Positions 9,394 to 17,721 of a DNA stretch of 64,000 nucleotides are shown in pieces. The DNA comes from Nitrospirota bacterium (GTDB lineage: Bacteria; Nitrospirota; UBA9217), in contig CAWCKW010000012.1 in NCBI GenBank assembly GCA_963796285.1, positions 160,001-224,000 on the forward strand. The letters run 5' to 3'. Positions within the stretch are counted from its first letter, which is position 1; each line of letters opens with the position of its first letter. The notes below the pieces were generated by a model. It worked only from the letters and a program-made list of their open reading frames with translations. It was not told the origin of the DNA and ran no database searches. A program made the translations under genes and the position numbers.

Positions 9394-11439
9394 GTGCTTC
9401 TTTCACCTATCAGTATCATATCCTCATCTTTCGCAATGCTGCTGCTCCTGCTTGCGCTGACGCCGTTCCTGTGCCTGAACCAGCGCCTCCTCATCAACGT
9501 CGGATTTATTTTCACCGCGATCATTTCCCTGCTCACTACGGTCGCGGGCGCCTGGGCGGTAGCGAGCGGCATCACCTATCAGGTTGTTCTGCCTCTCGGA
9601 CTGCCGGATCTGCCCTTTCATCTGCGACTCGACCTTTTGTCCGGTTATTTCCTGGTGGTCGTCGGTCTGCTCTCTTTTTTCGTGTCCATTTACTCTATCG
9701 GCTACGTCAAGGGCTTTCTAGGCCACCGGTCCATCACGAGCCTGGTGGTCTTTTATTCGGTATTTATCGCGGGCATGTTTCTCGTTGTCCTGGCCGACGA
9801 CGCCTTTTTTTTCCTGATCGCCTGGGAAATGATGGCCGCGGCATCCTACTTTCTGGTGCTCTTTGAAGATGAGCGGATCGAAAACAGGCGGGCCGCTTTC
9901 CTATACCTTGTGGTGGCCCACGTGGGTGCTATCGCGATCCTCCTGTCCTTCGGTGTCATGGCGGGGCTGGCGACCGGGTTCTCCGGATTTCAAAGTTATA
10001 CCTTCGATGCCATGCGCGGGACCGAACTCCCCGCGGGGCTGGCAACGCTCGCTTTCTTCCTGGCGTTCTTCGGGTTCGCCGCAAAGGCCGGCGTGGTCCC
10101 ACTCCACGTATGGCTGCCCGAGGCTCACCCGGTCGCGCCGTCGAATGTTTCCGCGCTCATGAGCGGGGTCATGCTCAAGACAGCCATCTATGGGATCGTG
10201 CGGGTCGTCTTCGATCTTATCGGCCATTTCCCCTGGTGGTGGGGGGCGATCGTGCTGGTGTTCGGACTCGTTTCAGCGGTCATGGGTGTCCTCTATGCCT
10301 TGATGCAGCATGATCTGAAAAGGCTTCTCGCGTACCATTCCGTCGAGAATATCGGAATCATTCTCATCGGCATCGGCCTCGCTATGATCTTCACGTCCTT
10401 CAATATGTCTCTCCTTGCGGCCCTGGCGCTCATCGCGGGCTTGTATCACACGCTGAACCATGCGATGTTCAAGGGGCTCCTGTTCATGGGAGCGGGGGCC
10501 GTGCTCCATGCGACCCATGAGAAGAACATGGAAGAGATGGGCGGCCTCATCCGCTTCATGCCCTGGACGGCCGTTCTGTTCCTCATCGGCTGCGTTTCGA
10601 TCTCCGCGCTGCCGCCCTTTAACGGGTTTGTGTCCGAGTGGCTCACCTATCAGGCGTTCCTGCTGTCGCCCGCGCTTCCCAGTCCGCTCCTGAACCTGCT
10701 CATCCCGCTGGGCGCCGCGCTTCTTGCGCTCACGAGCGCGCTCGCCGCCGCCTGTTTCGTGAAGGCCTTCGGCGTGACCTTTCTCGGGCATCAGCGCGGG
10801 CACCATCACGGCCGCATCCATGAGGTGCGCTGGACCATGCGGATCGGCATGCTGCTCACGGCGCTCACGTGTCTCGGTCTCGGTGTTTTCCCAACGGTCA
10901 TCATCAAATGGATGGACCCGATCGCGGAGAAACTGGTAGGGGGTACGATCGCGGCCTCTGCTTCGGGCTTCGGCTGGATGTGGCTCACTCCGATCGCGGC
11001 CGAGCGGGCATCCTATTCCGCGCCCATTGCATTTCTGGGCATTCTCTCCGTAGTGATCATAACGTATTTACTGCTCCATGCTCGTCCCGGGGCCCTCCAC
11101 CGGGTGCCGCTCTGGGACTGCGGTTTTGAAAAGGTCACCAACCGGATGCAGTACACCGCCACATCCTTCGCCATGCCCTTGCGCAGGATCTTCGGATATC
11201 TTTTCAACATCAAGGAGAGCGTGCGGCAGTTTCCGCCGGCGCCGCATCCGGCCTTCCCGCAGCGTTTGTATTACCACCTCCGGATACGGGACCGCTTCTG
11301 GGGGTGGATATACCAGCCCGTGGTTGACGCCAGCTTCTGGCTTTCCCGCAGGATCGGCAGAATGCAGCACGGACACATCCAGGTGTACCTCATTTATTCC
11401 TTTGTGACGATCGTGGTGCTGCTGATTTTCTTGAGATGA
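9394..11439 (+). CDS. hyfB: Ehr/Hyf cluster 2 subunit B (HyfB)
   Basis: GGGAGG RBS, GTG start; LGLPDLPFHLRLD, PLHVWLPEAHPVAPS, AYHSVENIG, RMQYTA. Confidence 0.93.
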   Translation: MLLSPISIISSSFAMLLLLLALTPFLCLNQRLLINVGFIFTAIISLLTTVAGAWAVASGITYQVVLPLGLPDLPFHLRLDLLSGYFLVVVGLLSFFVSIYSIGYVKGFLGHRSITSLVVFYSVFIAGMFLVVLADDAFFFLIAWEMMAAASYFLVLFEDERIENRRAAFLYLVVAHVGAIAILLSFGVMAGLATGFSGFQSYTFDAMRGTELPAGLATLAFFLAFFGFAAKAGVVPLHVWLPEAHPVAPSNVSALMSGVMLKTAIYGIVRVVFDLIGHFPWWWGAIVLVFGLVSAVMGVLYALMQHDLKRLLAYHSVENIGIILIGIGLAMIFTSFNMSLLAALALIAGLYHTLNHAMFKGLLFMGAGAVLHATHEKNMEEMGGLIRFMPWTAVLFLIGCVSISALPPFNGFVSEWLTYQAFLLSPALPSPLLNLLIPLGAALLALTSALAAACFVKAFGVTFLGHQRGHHHGRIHEVRWTMRIGMLLTALTCLGLGVFPTVIIKWMDPIAEKLVGGTIAASASGFGWMWLTPIAAERASYSAPIAFLGILSVVIITYLLLHARPGALHRVPLWDCGFEKVTNRMQYTATSFAMPLRRIFGYLFNIKESVRQFPPAPHPAFPQRLYYHLRIRDRFWGWIYQPVVDASFWLSRRIGRMQHGHIQVYLIYSFVTIVVLLIFLR

Positions 11440-11454
11440 AAAAGAGTCGAAGAA

Positions 11455-11668
11455 TTTTACGGGATAACAGGAGTGACAGGATTATTTTGGATTTTAATTT
11501 GCGTGTCCTTATTCGTCATGCCGGGCTTGATCCGGCATCCAGAGGTTTATGAGACTGGATTCCTGCCTCCGCAGGAATGACGATCATGAATGAAACGGTA
11601 ATTACTGGAGTACAGACGCTCATCAGCAGATTCGTAAATCAGATTTTTATCCTGTTATCCTGTCAAAA
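11455..11668. repeat. Nested palindromic element: family D outer arms, double-hairpin family E inside (11513-11583)
   Basis: TTTTACGGGATAACAGGA / TCCTGTTATCCTGTCAAAA; inner TCGTCATGCCGGGCTTGATCCGGCATCCAG...CTGGATTCCTGCCTCCGCAGGAATGACGA. Confidence 0.8.
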
Positions 11669-11687
11669 GCATTGAAGGGGTTTTTGA

Positions 11688-12632
11688 TTGATCATTAATT
11701 CATTCATCATAGAGGCTCTCCAGGTCGTGATGCTCCTCTTCATCGCCCCCGCGTTTGCGGGATGGGTGAAGATGGTGAAGTGCTGGTTCCAGGGCCGCAG
11801 GTCGCCGAGCCTGTTCCAGCCCTACCGGGATGTCATGAAGCTTTTAGCAAAGGACGTGACCCTTGCGGAGAACGCGTCGTGGATCTTCCGGTTTACGCCC
11901 TATCTTGTTTTCGGCATCATGATCATGGCCGGGGGGATCATTCCCATCGTGTCGATGGACCTGCCGCTGTCGGCCACGGCCGATGTGATCGCGCTCGTGG
12001 CGCTCTTTGCGATAGCTCGATTTTTCACCGCGCTTGCCGGGATGGACATCGGCACCGCTTTCGGAGGCATGGGGTCAAGCAGGGAAATGACCATCGCTTC
12101 CCTGGCGGAGCCGGCCATGCTCATGGCCGTGTTCGCCGTTTCACTCGTCAGCAAGTCCACGTCCCTGTCGCACATATCTGCGGTCATCTCCCAGGGCCAC
12201 TCCCTGCTGCGGCCGTCTCTGGTTTTCGCTCTCCTGGCGTTCATCCTGATCGCGCTGGCCGAAACGGGAAGGATACCGGTTGACAACCCCGCGACCCACC
12301 TTGAGCTCACGATGATCCACGAAGCGATGATCCTTGAATATTCGGGCCGCCACCTTGCTCTCATCGAGTGGGCTGGGATGATGAAGCTTTTTCTCTTTAC
12401 CTCCCTGGGCATTGCCTCTTTTTTCCCCTGGGGAATCGCGCAGAACGAAAACCTTGTAGACATCATCGTTGCGTTGCCGGTATTGCTGCTCAAGCTCGGC
12501 TTCGTCGGGTTCTGCCTCGTGTTGATGGAGACCGTCATGGCCAAGATGCGGATCTTCCGCATTACCGAGTTCCTGGGCAGCGCGTTCCTCTTCGCCACGC
12601 TCGGGATGCTGTCGTATTTCATGCTGGAATAG
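11688..12632 (+). CDS. hyfC: Ehr/Hyf cluster 2 subunit C (HyfC)
   Basis: QGRRSPS..QPYRD, AETGRIPVDNPATHLELTMIHEAMILEYSG. Confidence 0.92.
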   Translation: MIINSFIIEALQVVMLLFIAPAFAGWVKMVKCWFQGRRSPSLFQPYRDVMKLLAKDVTLAENASWIFRFTPYLVFGIMIMAGGIIPIVSMDLPLSATADVIALVALFAIARFFTALAGMDIGTAFGGMGSSREMTIASLAEPAMLMAVFAVSLVSKSTSLSHISAVISQGHSLLRPSLVFALLAFILIALAETGRIPVDNPATHLELTMIHEAMILEYSGRHLALIEWAGMMKLFLFTSLGIASFFPWGIAQNENLVDIIVALPVLLLKLGFVGFCLVLMETVMAKMRIFRITEFLGSAFLFATLGMLSYFMLE

Positions 12633-12675
12633 ATTGTTTTTTACCACAAAGTTGAGAAATGAAACAATAATATTT

Positions 12676-12911
12676 ACCACAGAGAACACGGAGGATAAAT
12701 CTGTTAAAGTACTTTACGAACCAACATCGTGAATTTTGAGTCAATTTTTTACCACGGAAAAGGCCACGAACTGTCACGGAAATAATGAGAACCATATATT
12801 AAAGATTGTTTTGCTCTTTCCGTGTGCTTCTGTGTGGCTCCGTGGTAATGATAATTATAGGGTTTGAAGTTCACCTCGTAAAATATTTAAAACCTCTGTG
12901 AACTCTGTGGT
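12676..12911. repeat. Nested palindromic element: ACCACAGAG outer arms, TTACCACGGA inner arms (12749-12848)
   Basis: ACCACAGAGAACACGGAGG / CCTCTGTGAACTCTGTGGT (16/19 complementary); inner TTACCACGGA...TCCGTGGTAA (10/10). Confidence 0.8.
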
Positions 12912-12951
12912 TGGTTTTGACAGTAAGGTGTTTCATTAAAAGAGGAACGAT

Positions 12952-13617
12952 ATGGACATGCAGCTTGCAGCGCAAATCAACAGTCTTCTGGCCGCCCTGA
13001 TCCTCCTGACGGCGTTCGGCCTGCTGGTGCAGCGGAGGATGAACGCCCTTTTGCATTTGTTCGCGGTCCAGGGTTTTCTGCTTGCTGTGAGCACCGCAAC
13101 AGTGGGGTATGTGGGTGGAGTGCATGACCTGTACATCTCGTCCGTGTTGACGCTTTCCATGAAGGTCGTGCTGCTACCGTATATTCTGCATAAACTGATC
13201 GTGAAGCTCAGGATACATAAGGAAGTGGAGACCATCGTGAACATCCCCACCACCATGCTGATGGGGATCGTTCTGGTAATATTCTCCTATCATCTCACCG
13301 CGCCGATCAGGGAGCTTTCTACCCTCGTGACTCGTTCAACCCTGGCGGTCGCACTCGCGACGGTCATGCTCGGTTTCCTGATGATGATCACCCGCAGGCA
13401 TGCGGTCACCCAGATCATCGGGTTCCTTGCCATGGAGAACGGGCTCTTGTTCGCCGCAACGAGCGCCACCTACGGCATGCCGCTCGTGGTCGAACTGGGC
13501 GTGGCCCTGGATCTTTTGATCGCGGCCTTTATCTTCGGCATGTTCTTTTTTCATATCAGCACGACGTTCGACAGCCTGGATGTGGATCAGATGGCGAGGT
13601 TGAAGGAAGAAGATTGA
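12952..13617 (+). CDS. hyfE: Ehr/Hyf cluster 2 subunit E (HyfE)
   Basis: GAGG RBS; QIIGFLAMENG, YGMPLVVELGVALD. Confidence 0.92.
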   Translation: MDMQLAAQINSLLAALILLTAFGLLVQRRMNALLHLFAVQGFLLAVSTATVGYVGGVHDLYISSVLTLSMKVVLLPYILHKLIVKLRIHKEVETIVNIPTTMLMGIVLVIFSYHLTAPIRELSTLVTRSTLAVALATVMLGFLMMITRRHAVTQIIGFLAMENGLLFAATSATYGMPLVVELGVALDLLIAAFIFGMFFFHISTTFDSLDVDQMARLKEED

Positions 13618-13880
13618 CGCGCACGCTCGCGCGATTGGAAATTGTAGATTGGAAATTGGAGACTTAAGTTTCCTCGCCCCTTGAGGAGAGGGCGGAGGGT
13701 GAGGGGTGATGTAGATTTCAGCAATAGGGCGGGTTGAACAACGCGAAGCCCGACGTACCAACTTTACGAAGAATTATTTTGAATATGGTGGGTTTCACTT
13801 CGTTCTACTCAACCTGCGACTTGCAAATTGCGTAAGGACGTTTTTGATTTGAAATTATCAATCGTAAATTTACAATTGCC
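13618..13880. repeat. Composite element: family C heptamer arms enclosing a CCTCGCCCC..GGAGAGG..GGGTGAGGGG element (13672-13706) and a REP-like inverted pair (13725-13817)
   Basis: ATTGGAAATTGTAGATTGGAAATTGG...ATCAATCGTAAATTTACAATT; TAGGGCGGGTTGAAC..GAAGCCCGAC...GGTGGGTTTC..GTTCTACTCAACCTGC. Confidence 0.75.
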
Positions 13881-13897
13881 GATTTTCTGAGGTTTTC

Positions 13898-15346
13898 ATG
13901 ACTCTCCTGATCCTCTTAATTGTCCCACTTTTCGCATCCCTGGCGCTCGCCTTTATCGGCGACCGGAGGCTCGCGCCCGAGGTGAACATCCTCGGCTCTG
14001 CCGCTACGTTTGTAACGAGCATCGCGCTGGCTCTCGAGGTCTACGAGCAGGGGCCGATTCTTGCGGGAAACAATTTTTTCTTTGTAGACGCCTTCAGCGT
14101 TTACCTCACCGTGCTCACCGCTTTTGTTTCCATGACCACCGCGATCTTCAGCAGGAGATACATGCGCCGTGAACTGGAACACGGGACCCTGGGGCACCGC
14201 AGAATACGCTTTTACCACGCTATGTTCCAGCTCTTTATCTTCGCCATGCTGCTCTGCCTCCTGACCAATAATGTGGGCATTCTCTGGATATCCATGGAAC
14301 TGGCAACCTTGTCCACGGTCTTGTTGGTGTCACTGTACCGTACGCCCGCCGCGATCGAAGCGGCATGGAAGTATTTTATTCTCTGCGGCGTCGGGATCGC
14401 CCTGGCGCTTTTCGGCACGGTGCTGCTGTACTTCGCGGCGGAAAAGGTGCTCGGTCCGGGAGGCGCTGCGCTCCACTGGACGAACCTGAGTCAGGTGAGC
14501 GACAAACTCGAACCGACCATCCTGTCCCTTGCTTTTGTGTTTCTCATGGTGGGCTACGGCACCAAGGTGGGGCTCGTGCCGATCCATAACTGGCTGCCCG
14601 ATGCCCACAGCGAAGGCCCCACGCCTATCTCCGCCGTGCTCTCGGGCCTCTTGCTCAATATTGCTTTGTATGCGTTGGTCCGGTGCAAGGTCCTTGTGGA
14701 CGGGTCCACGGGCACGCACCATTCAGGCGACATCATGATGGGTTTCGGCATTCTCTCGATCATTGTCGCTTCTTTTTCCCTGCTGCGCCAGAAGGACATC
14801 AAGCGGATGTTCGCCTATTCATCGATCGAGCACATGGGGATCGCAACCTTTGCCTTCGGCCTGGGAGGACCCATCGCCACCTTCGGCGCCCTTCTGCACA
14901 TGCTGGTCCACAGCCTGACCAAGTCGTCCATCTTCTTCACCGTGGGCCACGCTTCGCAGATGCACAGGACCCAGGAGATGGACAGGATCAAAGGGCTGAT
15001 CAGGGGAAATCCGTTAGTGGGGTGGGGCATGGCCATCGGGGTCATGGCGATCGTGGGCATGCCGCCTTTCGGCGTGTTCACGAGCGAGTTTCTGATACTC
15101 ACGGCAACCATAAAGGACGCGCCGCTTTTGGCGCCCTTTCTTCTCCTGGGGCTTGCTGTTTCCTTTGCCGCCCTTTTCAGGAGGGTCCAGCCCATGGTAG
15201 CGGGCGAGATACCAGCGGGCCAGCATAAATTGAAGGCGGCCCATATTCCCGTGATCCTGCATCTGGCAGTGGTCCTCGTCCTCGGGCTGTATATGCCGAA
15301 ATTCCTCGCCGGATGGTTCCAAACCGCAGTGGGGTTGTTGAAGTGA
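13898..15346 (+). CDS. hyfF: Ehr/Hyf cluster 2 subunit F (HyfF)
   Basis: EAAWKYFILCGVG, GYGTKVGLVPIHNWLPDAHSEGP, KRMFAYSSIEHMG. Confidence 0.93.
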   Translation: MTLLILLIVPLFASLALAFIGDRRLAPEVNILGSAATFVTSIALALEVYEQGPILAGNNFFFVDAFSVYLTVLTAFVSMTTAIFSRRYMRRELEHGTLGHRRIRFYHAMFQLFIFAMLLCLLTNNVGILWISMELATLSTVLLVSLYRTPAAIEAAWKYFILCGVGIALALFGTVLLYFAAEKVLGPGGAALHWTNLSQVSDKLEPTILSLAFVFLMVGYGTKVGLVPIHNWLPDAHSEGPTPISAVLSGLLLNIALYALVRCKVLVDGSTGTHHSGDIMMGFGILSIIVASFSLLRQKDIKRMFAYSSIEHMGIATFAFGLGGPIATFGALLHMLVHSLTKSSIFFTVGHASQMHRTQEMDRIKGLIRGNPLVGWGMAIGVMAIVGMPPFGVFTSEFLILTATIKDAPLLAPFLLLGLAVSFAALFRRVQPMVAGEIPAGQHKLKAAHIPVILHLAVVLVLGLYMPKFLAGWFQTAVGLLK

Positions 15347-16914
15347 TCAGACTGAAGAATCTCATCATGAACGTGCTCGGTGCTGATGCGAGAGAGGACG
15401 ATACTCTCGCGCCGTCTACCGTCATGTCCCTCATTGTTCCGCGAGATCGGTTTGCCGAGTCGGCACGGGCTCTCAAAAAGGAATACGCGCTGCTTGCCGC
15501 GGAATGGGCAACTGATGAGACCGCCTTCGGCAGAGGATTCGGCGTCTTTGCCTGCTATCGGAGAGAACAGGAGTACCTTGTGGTGAAAACGGAGGTCCCT
15601 GCCGATGATCCGACGTTCCCGAGCCTGACAAAAAAGTTCGTAGCCGCCTACCGGTTCGAGCGCCAGATCCAGAGCCTCATGGGACTGACACCAATCGGCA
15701 ATCCCGACCCGCGGCCCTGGATAAAACACGAAGATTGGCCCGTGGACGCCTGGCCGCTCAGAAAAACCTTTGACGCATCGAAACCCATGCCGCGCGTGCC
15801 CGGAGAGTATCGCTGGATCCGCGCCGAAGGTGAAGGGGTCTATGAAATCGCAGTGGGACCTGTGCACGCGGGCATCATCGAACCCGGCCATTTCCGCTTT
15901 CAGGCAATGGGCGAGGATATTCTCAATCTGGAAGCGCGTCTCGGGTATGTGCACAAGGGCATAGAGAAGCGGTTCGAGTCGCTTTCCTGGCCGGAGGCCG
16001 CGCGTCTGGCTGCACGGGTATCGGGGGACACCACGGTCGCCCACAGCCTGGCGTATGCCCATGCAGTGGAGGCCTTGACCGGGACCATACCGCCTGACCG
16101 CGCGGAGTGGCTCCGGGCGTTGTTTCTCGAACGGGAGCGCATCGCCAACCATCTCGGCGACCTGGGCGCCATCTGCAATGATGTGGCCTTTGCGCTGCTC
16201 TTCTATCAGTTTCACCGGCTCAAGGAGGTACTGCTTCGCACGAACCTGACGCTATTCGGGCACCGGTTCATGATGGACCGGATCGTGCCGGGCGGGGTCC
16301 AGGTCGACATCGACACGGAAGGTGTGGACACCATTCTCATGGAACTGGACTGGCTGACACGGGAGTTCGAGCGTCTTGTGAGCATTTACGACGAGAACGA
16401 TTCGGTCGAGGACCGGGTCCGCGACACCGGAGTGCTCAGGCCTGAACAGGCACGGGACCTCTGCATGGTGGGAATCGTGGCGCGGGCGAGCGGCCTGAAC
16501 CTCGACTGCCGCATCCATCATCCCTTCCCGCCGTATGACCGCATCAGCGTGAACGTGCCCGTGCTCATCACGGGGGACGTCCATGCCCGGGCGTGGGTGC
16601 GGGTGGAAGAGATCCGGGAGTCCATCCGGATCATCCGTGAGATATTGAAGACCCTGCCTCCCGGCAGGACCATTGTTCCGCTTGGAACGCTAATGCCGGA
16701 CAGGTCCGGCTTCGCAGCGGTCGAGGGATGGCGCGGGGAGATCCTCTATTGGGTCCAGTCGGGGCCGAAGAGCGAGATCAACCGCTGCATGGTCAGGGAC
16801 CCGTCGAGCGTGAACTGGCTGGGGCTGGAGCAGTGTATCCACGGGAACATCGTGCCCGACTTCCCGGTGTGCAACAAGAGCTTTAATCAGTCTTATTCGG
16901 GGAATGATTTGTAA
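15343..16914 (+). CDS. hyfG: Ehr cluster 2 large subunit (HyfG-like) lacking [NiFe] CxxC motifs
   Basis: GTGA overlap with hyfF; GPVHAGIIEPGHFRF; L1 site ARVSGDT, L2 site FNQSYSG. Confidence 0.92.
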   Translation: MIRLKNLIMNVLGADAREDDTLAPSTVMSLIVPRDRFAESARALKKEYALLAAEWATDETAFGRGFGVFACYRREQEYLVVKTEVPADDPTFPSLTKKFVAAYRFERQIQSLMGLTPIGNPDPRPWIKHEDWPVDAWPLRKTFDASKPMPRVPGEYRWIRAEGEGVYEIAVGPVHAGIIEPGHFRFQAMGEDILNLEARLGYVHKGIEKRFESLSWPEAARLAARVSGDTTVAHSLAYAHAVEALTGTIPPDRAEWLRALFLERERIANHLGDLGAICNDVAFALLFYQFHRLKEVLLRTNLTLFGHRFMMDRIVPGGVQVDIDTEGVDTILMELDWLTREFERLVSIYDENDSVEDRVRDTGVLRPEQARDLCMVGIVARASGLNLDCRIHHPFPPYDRISVNVPVLITGDVHARAWVRVEEIRESIRIIREILKTLPPGRTIVPLGTLMPDRSGFAAVEGWRGEILYWVQSGPKSEINRCMVRDPSSVNWLGLEQCIHGNIVPDFPVCNKSFNQSYSGNDL

Positions 16915-16925
16915 CGTCGACCTTT

Positions 16926-17094
16926 ACCGCGGAGGCACAGAGACGCAGAGAAACATAAAAAATAGACAAGATCGCAGGATGCTATGAGTTTATTTTGTTT
17001 GAGAAACTCGTCAATCCTGTCATCCCGTCAACAATATTCTCTGTGTCTCCGTTTATGGCCGCGCCTTCGCAAGAGCAGGCTACGTCTCTGCGGT
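16926..17094. repeat. Family A element with a family D pair nested inside (16965-17029)
   Basis: ACCGCGGAGGCACAGAGACGCAGAG...TTTATGGCCGC..GCAAGAGCAGGCTACGTCTCTGCGGT; inner GACAAGATCGCAGGAT / ATCCTGTCATCCCGTC. Confidence 0.8.
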
Positions 17095-17118
17095 TAAATT
17101 TTCTTTGTTTGGAGCACT

Positions 17119-17628
17119 ATGATCCGTATCCTTAAACAGATTTTCCGCACCGGCATCGTGACCGAGCCGATCCCTTCCATTACTGATCCGGAGATCGAAA
17201 AGATCGGCGTCAATCTGGAGGCGGCCATTCAGCGTCGTTTTCAGCGGAGTCTCGCGATCCGCCAGGTGGACGCGGGATCGTGCAACGGGTGCGAACTCGA
17301 GATCCACGCCATCAACAATCCCATCTACAATTGCGAGCGCTTCGGTATTCATTTTACCGCTTCTCCGCGGTTCGCGGACCTGCTCCTGGTCACCGGGCCG
17401 GTCTCGCAAAACATGGAGATCGCCCTCAGGCGTACCTACAACGCTACCCCGACGCCCAAGATCGTGGTTGCCGTGGGCGACTGCGGGTGCACCGGCGGTA
17501 TTTTCGGCAGGAGCTACGCGTCTCTCGGTGGAATCGACCAGGTCATTCCCGTAGACGCGCGCATCCCCGGCTGCCCGCCCACACCGACGGTTCTGCTGCA
17601 GGGGATTCTCAAAGCCATCGGAGGGTAG
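17119..17628 (+). CDS. hyfI: Ehr cluster 2 small Fe-S subunit (HyfI)
   Basis: GGAG RBS; DAGSCNGCELE, SPRFAD, GDCG, IPGCPP. Confidence 0.92.
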   Translation: MIRILKQIFRTGIVTEPIPSITDPEIEKIGVNLEAAIQRRFQRSLAIRQVDAGSCNGCELEIHAINNPIYNCERFGIHFTASPRFADLLLVTGPVSQNMEIALRRTYNATPTPKIVVAVGDCGCTGGIFGRSYASLGGIDQVIPVDARIPGCPPTPTVLLQGILKAIGG

Positions 17629-17721
17629 AACATCGCTTTTTTGCAATTCAAAATCACTCCCGTACGGCGATCTGCGAAAAAGAGTGATCTGCTCCAATCA
17701 GAAAATAAAAGGAGACACACT

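Noticed and set aside
6886-16914. Functional [NiFe] hydrogenase-4 / formate hydrogenlyase
   Set aside because: No CxxC metal ligands in either large subunit, and no hyp or fdh genes in the window.
3142-17118. CRISPR array or integron attC cassette array
   Set aside because: The repeats are not regularly spaced identical direct repeats, lack attC RYYYAAC/GTTRRRY ends, and no cas or intI gene is present.
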